Source: Chiloscyllium plagiosum
Lineage: Eukaryota
DNA: 64,000 nt
Direction of reading: 5' to 3'
NCBI RefSeq assembly: GCF_004010195.1
Contig: NC_057749.1
Span: forward strand, 8,001,901-8,065,900
Made by a program: the position numbers and the translations under genes. Shown one piece after another: positions 1 to 12,890 of this stretch. The notes below the pieces were generated by a model. That model did not search any database, was not told where the DNA came from, and was given only the letters and a program-made list of their open reading frames with translations. The first letter of the stretch is position 1, and every line of letters begins with the position of its first letter.

Positions 1-562
1 ATTTCACCCTCACTAATACTCAACACTGGAGCCACCCAGGGCTGCGTAGTCAGCCCCCTACTGTACTCACTGTGTACCCATGACTGCGTCGCCAAATACC
101 AGACTAATGCCATTTACAAGTTCGCTGATGACACCACTATAATTAGTCGAGTCTCAGATGGTGAAAAAACAGACTTCAGATGGGAGGTGGAAGACTTGGA
201 AAATGGTGCACTGAGAACAACCTAGATCTCAATGCCAGCAAAACGAAGGAACTCATTATTGACTTTCGGCAGGATGTTATTCATGCCCCCTCCACCTTAC
301 ACATTAACAGCACAGAGGTGGAACGAGTGGGGAGTGTCAAGCTGCTGGGAGTGGTCATCCACAACAAGCTTTCTTGGACTCTTCATGTGGATGGACTGGT
401 TACAAAGGCCCAACAACATCCCTTCTTCCTCAGGCAGCTGAAAAAATTTGGCATGATGGCGAATACCCTTGCCAACTTTTATAGGTGTACCAGCAAGAGC
501 ATTCTGTCTGAAAGTGTCACAACCTGGTACAGCAACTGTACCATTCAAGATCAGAGATGGTT
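1..562 (+). mobile_element. Rex1/Babar-type LINE reverse transcriptase fragment (decayed, runs off window start)
   Basis: Translates to LILNTGATQGCVVSPLLYSLCTHDC...IYKFADDTT, then WCTENNLDLNASKTKELIIDFR...LGVVIHNKLSW; frameshifted. Confidence 0.85.
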
Positions 563-795
563 ACTGATGATGGAGAGTAGACTGATTGGGTTGTAATTGG
601 CCAGGTTGGATTTGTTCTGATTTTTGTGTACAGGACATACCTGGGCAATCTTCCAAATTGTCGGGTACATGCCAGTGTTGTAACTGTACTGGAAGAGCTT
701 GGTGAGGGAAGCAGCATGTTCTGGAGCACAAGTCTTAAGTACTATTGCCGGAATGTTCTCAGGGCCTATTGCCTTTGCAATATCCAGTGCCTCCA
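563..795 (-). mobile_element. L2/CR1-clade LINE, RT N-terminal fragment
   Basis: ORF 551..847: KAIGPENIPAIVLKTCAPE...IWKIAQVCPVHK...NYNPISLLSIIS. Confidence 0.8.
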
Positions 796-1408
796 GCTGT
801 TTCTTGATATCCCATATAGCAGTATAACTAGGCCTCTTGTGGTGCAATGCTAATATCTCTTCCTCTGAGCCATTATAACATCACTGTACAAATTGATTAG
901 CAATAACCTAGCATCCATTGCTTCCTCGATCCTAAAATCCTATTCAGCCAAATTCTCACGACCTGCTCTTCCAGAAACTTACAGGCCCTTTCTGAAGAAT
1001 CAGCTTAGACCACATAGCAGCTATGACCTAATGGAGGGTTTGGGGTCTGAATGGTACACTTCTTTTCCTATGTTTCTATATCAATTAATACAAACACTGT
1101 CATGTTCTGTCCTCACAATCTGTGTCAAACATTCAATAATGACTTTTACTTCTTACCATGCATTGAGAATGGCTACGGTATTGAAAGTGAGATGTACATC
1201 ATAATGTAACAATGACATCAACAGTCGCTTGCAAAACACTGAAGAAAGGAGGGTGAAATAATTCGACAAAGGCCAGTGTCCTGTCTACAAGTTACCCTTT
1301 ATTAACACATGCGTAGGACATGATACCGACACAGCTACTTCAGAGCTGGCTCCTGAAGTGAGCAGAACCTGGATGTACATTTGCTCGCTGAGCTGGAAGG
1401 TTTGTTTT

Positions 1409-1447
1409 TAGATGTTTCGTCACCATACTAGGTGACATCATCAGTGA
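1409..1447 (-). ncRNA. Minimal hammerhead ribozyme motif (PLE family D)
   Basis: Minus strand: CUGAUGA-u-GUCACC-uaguau-GGUGAC-GAAAC-AUC. Confidence 0.7.
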
Positions 1448-1529
1448 ACCTCTGGCTGAAGCGTTGGTCGCATGGCCCGCTTTCTATTTATGTGTTTAGG
1501 TTTCCTTGGGTTGGTGATGTAATTTCCTG

Positions 1530-1738
1530 ATGGAAATGTGTTGCTGGAGAAGCGCAGCAGGTCAGGCAGCATCTAGGGAACAGGAGAATCGACGTTTCGG
1601 GCATTAGCCCAAAGAAGGGCTAATGCCCGAAACGTCGATTCTCCTGTTCCCTAGATGCTGCCTGACCTGCTGCGCTTCTCCAGCAACACATTTCCATCTC
1701 TGATCTCCAGCATCTTCAGACCTCATTTTCTCTTCAAA
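1530..1738 (+). mobile_element. PLE family A terminal element arranged as a perfect fold-back
   Basis: 82-bp perfect inverted repeat (1529-1610 / 1617-1698); 14-bp TSD gatgtaatttcctg at 1516-1529 and 1739-1752. Confidence 0.85.
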
Positions 1739-2583
1739 GATGTAATTTCCTGGTCATTTCTTGTTTTTTTTCTCTCAGGGAGTGGTAAATAGGGTCCAAG
1801 TCAATGTGTTTGTTGATCGAGTTCCGGTTAGAATGTCATGCTTCCAGGAATTCTCGTGCGTGTCTCTGTTTGGCTTGTCCTAGGATGGATGTGTTGTCCC
1901 AGTCGAAGTGGTCAAATTCCTCATCCTATATAAGGATACTAGTGGGGGTGGATCATGTCTTTTTGTGGCTAGTTGATATGAGCAGAACCTCTGACACTCC
2001 TGTTTATATCTGTCAGCCAGGGCTCCCTGATTGTACCAGATTAATAGCCCAATCAGGGAACTCATACTATGAGGTCCAGCTGGCTGACCTTGTTCCAATC
2101 ACGATAAATGAAATAGGTTCTACTGATGAGAGATGTACTTACAGAGGATGGTACTTTGTACAATCGTCTATAATATAGTTTGCAGAAACCTACCAGAGTC
2201 TGATAGCAGTCAGTATTAGGTAAGGGGGACAGAATTACAGGTCACTACCATAAAGAAGCGCAGTGTGATATTGACCCTGCTTCTGAGATAGGAGGTCTGG
2301 GATGAAGTCCATAGGTGTGTAGTAACATCTCTGAGTAGGTATAGTCACCATCTTTACATTTCATAGAAAAGAGCTCCAAGCCACAAGTCTTGTAGCACCG
2401 CAAACCACTTTTCCATTTTGAAGTTCAGTCTAACATGTTGTTTCCAGCTCCAATCATTACCCAACATCATGACGTTCAATGCTTTCACTAGAAAGTGAAG
2501 TTGAAGCCACTGTTACATCCCTTGCATGAAAACCTTCAAACACATGCGCTAACATTCAAGCCCAACAACACCGAATGAATTTG

Positions 2584-2890
2584 GGGTGGCTCACTGGCTC
2601 AGTGGTTAACATTGCTGCTTCACAGCACCAGGGACCTGAGTTCAATTCCATCCTCAGGTGACTGTCTCTGTGGAGTATGCACATTCTCCCCATGTCAAGT
2701 GTGGATTTCCTTCCAAAGATGTGCAGGTCAAGTGGATTAGCCATACTAAATTGCCCATAGTACCCAGGAATGTGCAGGGTATGTGGGTGAGCCATGGGAA
2801 TGCGAGCTTACAAAAGTAGGGGGTGGAATGCTCTTCAGAGGGTTGGTGTGGACTCGACGGGCCAAATGGCCTGCTTCCACACTGCAGGAA
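2584..2890 (+). mobile_element. HE1-type V-SINE
   Basis: tRNA-like head tggctcagtggttaac...gagttcaattcc, central tggagtatgcacattctcccc, LINE-like tail. Confidence 0.85.
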
Positions 2891-3296
2891 TTCAATGTAT
2901 TGAAAGGGAATGGGCATCTAAACTTATTGAAAAGCACATATAAATGGCTAGGGATAATATATATCGATAATGTCTCTGTATCCGAGATTACATCTTTTGA
3001 GCTGAACTTTTGCAATTGGCCATCGTGATTATCTTCCCTGTAACCTCCCAAAAGAATAATACTATTCCATTACCTTACTTGATTTTATCCTACAGGCTGT
3101 TTTGCACACCATTTTTCCAACACATTATTGGCAAAAGCCTGGAGTCTGGATGGATGACCTGCTTCCAGCCTTCTGTCAGGCTAAGCATGAGGCAGCTGTT
3201 AAGAAAGTGTGATAGCACTCCAGGGTGACTCAGTAATTTGTATTCAATCCCTACCAATTACAGTATTGATTCTTTTAATAAAAACATGGAATGCTG

Positions 3297-3810
3297 GGGG
3301 AGACAGCGGCCGAGTCATATTATTGCTAGGCACCCAGGTAATGTTCCGGGGACCTGGGTTCAAATCCCCCTATGGCAGGTGGTGGAAATTGAATTCAAGC
3401 AAAAACCTGAAATGAAGAGCCTAATGATGATCATAAAATCATTGTTGATTGGTTGAATGCCTTTTATGAAAGGAAATTGCCATCCTTACCTGGTCTGGCC
3501 TACATATGAGTCCAGACCTATAACTCTGTGGTTGACTCTTAAACAGAAGTTGCTGGTGAAGCTCAGCAGGTCTGTCAGTGTCTGTGAAGGGAAATCAGTG
3601 TTGACATTTTGGTTCCAGTGATCCTTCCTCAGAACTGATGGTAGCTGGGAAAGTGTCAGTTTTTATGCAGAAGATAGGGCAGTGGGGAGGGTGTAAGGAG
3701 CAAACAATAGGTGGGGATAGAACCCAAAGAGAAAGATTCTTAATTCCTCTCTGGGCAATTAGGGATGGCCATGTTAGCAACACCTTCCTCCATGAATGAA
3801 TTTTTAAAAA
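3297..3810 (+). mobile_element. tRNA-derived SINE with L2-like tail, split by a PLE family B end (about 3541-3735, minus)
   Basis: gggttcaaatccc B-box; tail gggcaattagggatgg...atgaatgaa; direct repeat ga(c/t)tcttaa flanks the insert. Confidence 0.7.
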
Positions 3811-4044
3811 ACTAATCTTGTCATTCTGTAGGCGGGTTTGAATGGAACATGTTACCACTTTGATGTTCCCTCCCTAAAATCACAATGATATCCAGAGCAC
3901 TTTGGAGCTTAAAATCTGTCAGCCTGGTAAAGTAGTAGGGCTACTTTCTCACTAAACAATGGAAACAACATGTTACAGACTGACCCGAACAATCCCGCCA
4001 ACCAGTGGATCCATTCAAAGTTCTCCTGGTCAGCCACATTCAGT

Positions 4045-4540
4045 TATAGGGTCATAGAGTAATACAGCACTGAAACAGACCCTTCGGTCCAACCAGTCCA
4101 TGCTGACCAAGTTTCCCAAACTAACTAGTCCCATCTGCCAGCACTTGGCCACTATCCCTCCAAACATTTCTTATCCATGTACTTTTCCAAATGTCTTTTA
4201 AATGTTATAACTGTACCCACATCCACCACTTCCTCTGGAAGTTCATTCCATACATGAACCACTTGCCGTTTAAAAAACGTTGCCCCTCATGTCTTTTTTT
4301 AAAGCTTTCTCCTCTCACTTAAACATATTTTCAATGTGTCTGTCCTAATGTCTTTTAAATGTTGTAACGGTACCTGCACCTACCACATCCTCTGGCAGTT
4401 CATTCCACTATCCTCTGCATGAAAATGTTGCACTTCAGGTCCCTTTTAAATCTTTCTCCTCTCATCTTAAAAATATGTCCCCTCTGTTCACTTTATTACT
4501 GTCCCTTATTGTTTTGTAAACTGCTATAAAGTCACCCCTG
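4045..4540 (-). mobile_element. HER1/CR1 LINE 3' fragment with a diverged internal duplication
   Basis: Tail gtcatagagtaatacagcac; the aaatgtcttttaaatgtt...gttcattcca block occurs twice. Confidence 0.8.
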
Positions 4541-4754
4541 AACCAGCTGTCAATGGTGGTAGAAAACTCAGCAAATAACAGGTGAAAGAGGCTCCACAAA
4601 CATCCTCAAAGGTGGCTTTAAGTGTATATCTTGATGAATTTTTCATCATTAGAAGAGTTTTAATTCTAGCTACGGTGGACTTTCCCTATGCAAACATGAA
4701 CAAATGCTCGAAAACGTGTACATAATACTCTTGCAGTCAAACATTTGAAATAAC

Positions 4755-5030
4755 CTTTTATTTACATCAAAAATATACTTTATTCTTCAAAAACACTTTC
4801 TATACGTGCACAGTCACTAAAGTGGTTCAGATCTGTACGGTCTTTGCATATGGAGAAACAGACAGACATTGGAGTCTGATTTTCCTGACAGTTCCAACAA
4901 ACAAACCCAAGACATTTCTTACTCATACAAGATACTACTTACATATATTTGAGGTACTGTGAGGGTCAAATGACTGAACAGACCACCCTTTGACTTTGGC
5001 CGAAAGACCTTAGATGATGGTCGTGGCAGC
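4755..5030 (-). mobile_element. Probable L1/Tx1-type LINE 3' end
   Basis: Minus strand ends in aataaagtatatttttgatgtaaataaaa (polyA signal plus A-rich end); family assignment is by resemblance only. Confidence 0.4.
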
Positions 5031-5048
5031 AAGCTTTAGTGTATCCCT

Positions 5049-5345
5049 GGGCGGCAAAGTGGCTCAGTGGTTAGCACTGCTGCCTCACAGCACCAGGGTC
5101 CCAGGTTCGATTCCAGCCTCGGGTGACTGTCTGTGGAGTTTGTACATTCTCCCTGGGCCTGCCTGGGATCCCTCCGGTTTCCTCCCACAGTCATGAAGAT
5201 GTGCTGGTCAGGTGAATTGGCCATGCTAAATTGCCTGTAGGTGCATTAGTCAGAGGGGAATAGGTCTGGGTGGGTTACTCTTTGGAGGGTCGGTGTGGAT
5301 GGGTTGGGCCGAAGGGCCTGTTTCCACACTGTAGGGAATCTAATC
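5049..5345 (+). mobile_element. HE1-type V-SINE
   Basis: Full head, core and tail ending gtttccacactgtagggaatctaatc. Confidence 0.9.
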
Positions 5346-5354
5346 AAAACATAG

Positions 5355-6332
5355 TCCTGCACCTACAATGTAGTCCATTGTAGGTTGGATCATCAGACAA
5401 TGATGAGGCAGGGTACAGGAAAGAGATTGAGTGTTTAGTAGCATGCTGTAAAGGCAATAATATCTCCATCAATGTCAGCAAAATGGAAGGAGCTGGTTAT
5501 TGACTTCAGGAAGCAGACTGAAGGACATGTATCAATGTATCAAGTTCCCAGCAGTAATTATCGCCATCATTTTGATGCTACAGTCAAGAAAGCACAACAA
5601 CGTCTCTATTTCCTCAGTAAGCGAAGGAAATTCCGCATATCCACAAAGATTCTTACCAATTTTTGTAGATGTGCCAATGGAAGCATCCTGTCCACATGCA
5701 CCATAGTGTGGTATGGTAACTGCTGTTCCCAAGACCATAAAAAACCACATAGAGTTGTGAACATGGCTCAGTCCATCATAAAAAACAGCCTTCCTTCCAC
5801 TGAAACCATCTACACTTTTCACTGCCTCGGGAAAGCAACCAACATCAACAAAGACCCCGGAAAAGCATAGCCAATCAGGCAGCATCCGAGGAGAAGGGAA
5901 GTCAAGGTTTCGAGCATAAGCGTGGACTCTCCTGCTCTCAGATGCTGCCTGATCAGCTGTGCTTTTCCAGCGCCACACTTTTTTACTCTGACCTCCTGCA
6001 TCTGCAGTCCTCACTTTCACATAATCAAAGACCCTTCCTGCCCTGGTTAAACTCTCTTCCACCATCTTCCATTGGGCAGAAGATATTAAAGTTTGAATTC
6101 ACATACAAACAGATTCAAGAGCAGCTTCTTCCCTGCTGTTATCAGACTTCAGAACGGACCTCTGAAATGTTAATGTTGATCTGTCTTTCTGTACCTTCTC
6201 TGTGGCTATAACACTGTATTCTGCACTCTGTTCTGCTACTCTGATACACTTTGTGTGGTGTGATATGCCTGTAAAACACACAAAATAACACTTTTCACTG
6301 TATCTTGATATATGTGACAACAATAAATCAAA
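5355..6332 (+). mobile_element. Rex1/Babar LINE 3' part, interrupted by a PLE family A fold-back (5858-6018)
   Basis: KKAQQRLYFLSK..KF...LTNFCRC...WYGNC; tail atgtgacaacaataaatcaaa; 16-bp TSD (14/16 identical) at 5842-5857 and 6019-6034. Confidence 0.85.
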
Positions 6333-6559
6333 CCTTGGAATGTGTGAGTCTGTAACATTCAGTTGAGGTCAACTCCTTGTACTAAAGAGTAACAAGAAGC
6401 AACCACAACAGCATAAACATGGAGATCAGAGCTGGGGTCCAGAGGTGAGTAAGAGTGACTGCCCTTGACATTAAAGCAGCTTTTAACTAAGTATGACACC
6501 ATGAAATCCCCCAGAAAAACTGAAATCATTGAGAATTGGAGGTGAGGGGGACATTTCCT

Positions 6560-8345
6560 GTTTGCTGGAGTTATATTTAACACACTCGGAGCTGGTTATG
6601 TTCACTGGAAGTTAATCCTCTCAGTTCCAGGACACTGTTCAGTGGTTCCTCAGGATAGTGTCTTAAGCCCAAAGGTCTTCATTAATGATCTTCCCTCTAT
6701 CATAAAGTCAGAAGTGTGGTTTTCTGCTGATCATTACATTGTGTTCAATCCCAATTGCAATTCCTCACTTCCTCAAGCAGTCTGTGCATGTTAGGATCAA
6801 CATTGCATCTTGGGCTAACAAATGGCAAGTAACATTCCAAGTCCAAGATTGTCTTTAACGAAGCAAGTTAAACCACCTCCCCTTGACATTTAATATCATG
6901 ACTATCATCAAGTCTCCATCTATTATCAACGTCTTGGGAATTAACATTGACCAGAATCCTAACTGGGCCAACCACATAAAGACAATGAATGCTGTGTGAC
7001 ATGAACAGATCAGAGATTGAGAACTCAGCAGCAATTGAGTAACCTTCACATTCCAAAAGGCACACTCCTCATCTAAAAGATAAGATTTACTTGTCTGAAT
7101 GAGTATGACTTCAACATAGAGTCATAGAGATGTACAGCACGGAAACAGGCCCTTCGGTCCAACCCATCCCTGCTGACCAGATATCCCAACCCAATCTAGT
7201 CCCACCTGCCAGCACTTGGTCCATATCTCTCCAAACCCTTCCTATTCATATACCCATCCAAAAGCCTTTTAAATGTTGCAATTGTACTAGCCTCCACCAC
7301 TTCCTCTGACAGCTCATTCCATATACGCACCACCTTCTGCGTGAAAAAGTTGTCCCTTAGGTCTCTTCTATATCTTTCTCCTCTCACCCTAAACCTATGC
7401 CCTCTAGTTCTGAACTCCTTCACCCCAGGGAAAAGACTTTGTCTATTTACCCTATCCATGCCCCTCATAATTTTGTAAACTTCTATAAGGTCAGCCCTCA
7501 GCCTCTGACGCTCCAGGGAAAACAGCCCCAGCCTATTCAACCTCTCCCTATAGCTCAAATCCTCCAACCCTGGCAGCATCCTTGTAAATCTTTTCTAAAC
7601 CCTTTCAAGTTTCGCTACATCTTTCCGATAGGAAGAAAACCAGAATTGCATGCCATATTCCAACAGTGGCCTAACCAATGTCCTGTACAGCAACATGACC
7701 TCCCAACTCCTGTACTCAATACTCTGACTGATAAAGGAAAGCATACCAAACGTCTTCTTCACTATCCTATCTACCTGCGACTCCATTTCAAGGAGCTATG
7801 AACCTGCACTCCAAGGTCTCTTTGTTCAGCAACACTCCCTAGGACCTTACCATTAAGTGTATAATCTCCTAACAAGCTTGACATCTTCCAGGAGAAAGCA
7901 TCTTGCTTGATTGGTAGCTCATCCACCATCTTCAATGTTCACTCTCTCCACCTCCAGTGGCATCAGGGTATAACATCTAGAAGATGCATTAGAATAATTT
8001 GCCAACATTCTTTCCAACAGCTTTTTTCCAAATTCACAGTAAACAAGGGCAGCAGATACATGGGAATGCCACCACTTACCACATGCTATCCTGGCCTGGA
8101 ACTTTATAGCCATTCCTATTCTGTGGCTGGGTCAAGATCTCACAGCTGGCTCCCTCACAGCACTATGGGTGTACCAATGGTATGATCTGCCTGTACCTCA
8201 CGCAGAGCAAAACTTTTCACTGCACTTGGGTACGTATGACAATAATAAATCAAATCAAGTCAAATCAAACTTTCTTAAAGGTGATTAGGGAAGGACAATA
8301 AATGCTGACCTCGCCCAATGTTGCCCACATTTTGTGAATGAATTA
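6560..8345 (+). mobile_element. Old L2-type LINE 3' region, split by a CR1 copy and a Rex tail
   Basis: Degenerate RT C-terminal sequence (gttcctcaggatagtgtcttaagccc...gctgatcat); L2-type tail aataaatgctg...gaatgaatt. Confidence 0.6.
7115..7862 (-). mobile_element. HER1/CR1 LINE 3' fragment
   Basis: ORFs LYRTLVRPLLEY...KLERV and MLPGLEDLSYRERLNRLGLFSLE...NFFTQKVVRIWNEL; (tctatgac)n tail. Confidence 0.92.
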
Positions 8346-9369
8346 AAATACAGGAAACTCAAGAATAAGCAAGTCACGGTTTTATAATTAATGTAAAGAA
8401 GGATTACTGTAAAATACAGGAGATGCTTTGCTTAATCCACTGACATTAGGAATAAGATATTTTACTACCATATTTGCTTAACTGGTATTTTTAATATGGA
8501 TGTCAGTCTGGTTATTTAAATGTTTTAAACAAAGCAAAAAAAAGTTGAGATTTAATATTGAAGAATGTGGAATTGTAGAAATGAATTACAAATTGGGATA
8601 AAAATATTTGCAATCTCCTTCTTCCTTTTCATTTTCAGGTAATGAAAACGTGATTATTTCTGGAATAAAAAATGTGACCCATATCATACAACTCAATATA
8701 GGAGCAAATAGCCTTTATGTGTTATTTTAATTAGAATCAAGTTCGCCTTTAGAAATTACATCTGTACGGCTCATTCTTATTCAAGATTAACCCAACAACC
8801 AGAAAATTAGTTTAGCTTGGCCTCCCTCAAAAATGCACAGCGTGACAACATTGAGAAAATGGTAATCTTGAAAGACCATCCCTTAAACCGACATTTGGTT
8901 TCTGTCTTTCCATAATTTAAAGCTTTTTTTTAAAGAGGCAATTATACAAACAAGACCACAGTGTCGATTGTCATCAAATATTTCCAGCATATGGGGCTGT
9001 CATTGCCTTCCTACTGAGGGTTCTCACCATGATAATTAGCAAAGGTTAGGACCCAGAGCCCATTTTAACAGGCTGACTGACATGCAATTATTTTAGCTTC
9101 AGAGCAGTAAAACAGATAGCACTTACAGTTTGTAACTGATGAAATGCGAGGATAGTTCATGTAGGTGGAATGGAGCGATAAGGCACAGCCAGCCTTTGTA
9201 AAGTTCTCTGGGCTGCTGTCCTTCTTATGAATGAGTTTGAGTTCGGGAGACTCGGTGAAAGATCATCTAATTGTATCATTTAGTGTCCTTCAGAGATACA
9301 TCAAATCTGGAGTCACAGGTAGACTTAGAGGATTCTGCTGCACATTTTGGAAGATTGAAGGAGTCTTTT

Positions 9370-9585
9370 TGCAGTTTCCCAACTAATATTTAACCTTTGA
9401 TGAACACCGAAGAAACAGATCACTGAGTCGTTACTACATTGTCATTTGTGAGAGCTTGCTGTGCACAAACTGTGTTTGCAACATTAAAACAGAGACTACC
9501 TTACAATCCACGGAGTACTTTCTGAAAAGCATTTCTTGCCTTCTTAAAATAATGAAGGGTGCTACATAAATGCAAGATCTTTCTT
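9370..9585 (+). mobile_element. Deu-domain SINE (SacSINE1/AmnSINE1-like) 3' part
   Basis: tttgtgagagcttgctgtgcacaaa...gctacataaatgcaag matches other copies in the window. Confidence 0.55.
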
Positions 9586-9789
9586 TATGTCACAAATTGG
9601 TAAATACTCTTACTTTAAACTGAACACAGTATTAAGCAAAAATAGTATGGAGAAGAACTTTATCTGTGCACACTATAACCCTCATGCTTTTATACTGTAA
9701 CATTAGTGTTACTACAGAGTGGTGTGTCCTTTGCAATAACAGTAGTCAGAATGCAAGTTTGGGGGAAAAGTGATATGACATTCCATGCA

Positions 9790-10720
9790 TGGTTTCAATC
9801 AAGTCAATTCTCACTCCTCTAAATTCCTCCTGTTAGCAGATTGACCTATCCAATCTTTTCTCATAAGACAACCATCCATTCAGGTATTTGTCTAGTAAAC
9901 CTTCTCTGATCTGTTCCCTATGTACTTAGATACAACCTTAAAAAAGGAGACCAATGCTTCACACAGCAATCCCAATGTGGTCTCTCACATTGATTATTAT
10001 AATTGGAGCACAACTTCCCCACATCTGTCATCAATTCTCCTTGCAATAAACAATAGTGTTCCATTAACCTTCCTAACTACCTTTGGTACCTACATCTTAA
10101 CTTTCTGTGATATATAAACAAGGAGACCGAGCTTATTTGTATTTCAGAACTCTCCAGTCTCTTACCATTCAGATAATACATCTTTTATTCAGTTTTCACA
10201 CTCTCGCACACTATGTTTCAATTGTCAGATATTTGAATTCACTTAATCTATCCACATCCTTGTGCAGTACCTTTATGCATCTTCGGAATTTACTCTGCCA
10301 TCAATCTCTGTGTCATGAGCAATTTTAGCGACACACGTTACATAAGAAATAGGCCTTTTGGCCCATAGAGCCTGCTCCACCATTCAATAAGATCATGGCT
10401 GATTTTTTTCTTGGACTCTGCTCCACTTACCCACCCGTTCACCATAACCATTAATTCCTTTACTGTTCAAAAATCTATCTATCTTTGCCTTAAAAATACT
10501 CAACGAGGTGGCCTCAACTGCTTCACTGGGCAGGAAAGTCCACAGATTCACAACCCTTTGGGTAAAGAAATTCCTCCTTGACTCAGTCCTAAATCTGCTC
10601 CCCCTTATTTGGAGGCTATGCCCCGGTTCTAGTTTCACCCAATGGTGTAAATGACCTCCCAGCTTAATTTACTCCCTTCATAATTTAATACATTTCTATA
10701 AGAATCCCCCTCATTCTTCT
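9790..10720 (-). mobile_element. Two adjacent CR1-type LINE fragments
   Basis: ORF 10393..10638 RGSRFRTESRRNFFTQRVVNLW; older CR1-like sequence at 9790-10290. Confidence 0.7.
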
Positions 10721-10899
10721 AAACCTTTGGTGGTGCTTTCATCCACATCCATTGTGAACTCAACTGATTATCGTAAATTAGTTGTTAACGTAGTCATTAG
10801 CACACGCCGGATTGCTCAGTAAGAGATACCCAATCACAGAATCACATCCAAGAGTGGGTGTGTTCTTGGTTAATCAAAGACTGGCTGAATGAGTGCAGT

Positions 10900-11105
10900 G
10901 TGCACGTTTTGGAATTCATTATCACAGGAAGTAGTTGATGCCAAAATATTGAATGTATTCAAGAGGAGGCAAGATATAGCAAGTGGGGAGAAAGGAGGAT
11001 TAGGCTATTGAGTTGGACGATCAGCCATGATGGTGATGAATGGCGGAGCAGGCTCAAAGGGCTGAATGGCCTCCTCCTGCTCCTATCTTCTAGGTTTCTA
11101 TGTTT
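10900..11105 (+). mobile_element. CR1-type LINE 3' end
   Basis: gatcagccatgat...gggctgaatggcct...tttctatgtttct tail. Confidence 0.7.
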
Positions 11106-12444
11106 CTCAGTGGAAATATGGCATCAGTGGAAATATGTAAATGCACCATCCACGCACTGGTTCCTAAACATCTCATTCTGTGGTGCACATAGGAATTTAC
11201 TACTCCACCGAAATTAAACGAGTTCTTAGAGAATTCATGGTTTATATTCTTGCTTGCTAATCCTTCAGGGACCCGACAAGTTGGTGAGGCATCGTCGTAA
11301 AGAAAAATTTTACTGGAACCGGAGTGAAATTCATGAGAGGGATGAGGTCTCGCAGTGCGCATAGATACCAGGCATAAATGTTCATCAGGAATCAAATTCT
11401 GAAAAGACATGGGATTTTCTGAAGCAATACTGGATTTAAATATATAAAACCCTGAATGAAGAGGTAAGAGTTTAATGTCGAAAGGAAATTGTCAATCACT
11501 CTCAATTGGTGGTACAATGAAGATGCCTTAAGCAGTTTAGGATGGCATACAATTCATTTAACACCAGAGAGGCAGTTTTGCAATTTGTGTTGAACTACAC
11601 AATGTATGGACTCAAGCTGCTTGTTTCAATAGATTTCGCATAGGAAATTGCCTTAATCCTGCCGTGTTTTCCAGCATTGTTAGGATGGCCCCATCCAATT
11701 AGTACTGACGCTGGTAGCACTGTTTACCACCATGTAATTTTGCTAAGTTTCTGCAAGGGGCTTGAAGAGTTAATCAGATCATGTGGGAATTGGAATCGCA
11801 CGTAAGTTCGTGTCGGCAGGCTCCATTCATTAATCGAGAACCAGATGGATTTTTGCAACAATCCTGTAGGTTTCATTGTCTCTTTCCCCAGTGTCAGCAC
11901 ACAGATGTCAGATTTATTGTATTCGATTCTTCAAGCTGCTATGTTGGGATTTGAACTCACAACCTTTGTATGGCTAGTCCAGGACTGTAATGACAGTGTT
12001 ACTGTGCTTGTTAGTGAGTGATAAGAATCTTTCACAAAAGTACACAAAAAAGCTCCACAGTCACTCACAACACTGACCAGCAGGAGCTCAGCATCAGCAC
12101 GGCAAAATCTAACCGAATTCCACAGTTGCTTCAGCAATGCTATCATTTTATGTGTCAGCTGTCACTCAGCTGATCAGAATTGAAGTCCCACTTTGGAGAT
12201 TAAACATATATTCCAAGGATACACTCTGACAGAGTGCTGCACTGTCAGAGGTGCAGGCTTTTGGAATGAGATGTTAAACTGAGGCCCCCAATGCCTGCTT
12301 AGGTGCATACAAACGATCCCAGGTCACTATTTTGAAGAGAATGTAGAATCCCCACAGTGCAGAAAGAGACCATTCAGCCCATCACATCTGCACTGACCCT
12401 CCAAAGACCTTCCCACCCACACCACCCTATTTCCATAACCCTAT

Positions 12445-12855
12445 TATTTATTTGATTCATTTGTGGGATGTGGGTGTTGCTGGCTGGGCCAGCATTTATT
12501 GTCCATCCCTAGCTGCCCCTTGAGAAGGTGGTGGTGAGCTGCCTTCTTGAACTGCTGCAATCCACCTGCTGTGGGTTGACCCACAATGCCATTAGGGAGG
12601 CAATTCCAGGATTGTGACCCAGCAACGGTGAAGGAACAGCGATATATTTCTAAGTCAATTTCTGAGTGGTTTGGAGGGGAACTTGAAGGTGGTGGCGTTC
12701 CCATTTATCTGTTGCCCTTGTCCTTCTAGAAGGAAGTGCTCATGTGTTTGGAAGGTGCTGTCTCAGGATGTTGGGGTGAATTTCTACACTGCTACTACTG
12801 AGCGTCAGTGGTGGAGGGAGTGGATGCTTATGGATGTGGTGCCAATCAAGTGGGC
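12445..12855 (-). mobile_element. L2-type LINE 3' end
   Basis: ORF 12444..12704 SFTVAGSQSWNCLPNGIVG...GLQQFKKAAHHHLLKG; L2-like tail. Confidence 0.8.
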
Positions 12856-12890
12856 TAATGCCATGGCTAATCCACCTAACCTGCATATCC

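Larger units (their letters stand above)
1371..1978 (-). mobile_element. Penelope-like element 3' end (family D): GIY-YIG C-terminus plus terminal repeat
   Basis: Minus strand encodes QLATKRHD..LVSL and HFDWDNTSILGQAKQRHAREFLEA; 12-bp TSD tgagcagaacct at 1359-1370 and 1979-1990. Confidence 0.85.
1254..2104 (-). mobile_element. Short (~230 bp) solo-LTR-like repeat, split by a PLE insertion
   Basis: Halves 1254-1370 and 1979-2104 are collinear with copies at 40250, 45678, 47064 and 60574; AATAAA on minus strand. Confidence 0.6.

Noticed and set aside
5049..5120. tRNA genes
   Set aside because: All tRNA-like A/B boxes seen are SINE heads continuing into SINE bodies; no complete cloverleaf found
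11090..11410. 106-aa minus-strand ORF, and a + strand donor-like gag|gtaaga at 11463
   Set aside because: No recognisable protein motif or convincing matching acceptor; the ORF end overlaps a CR1 tail
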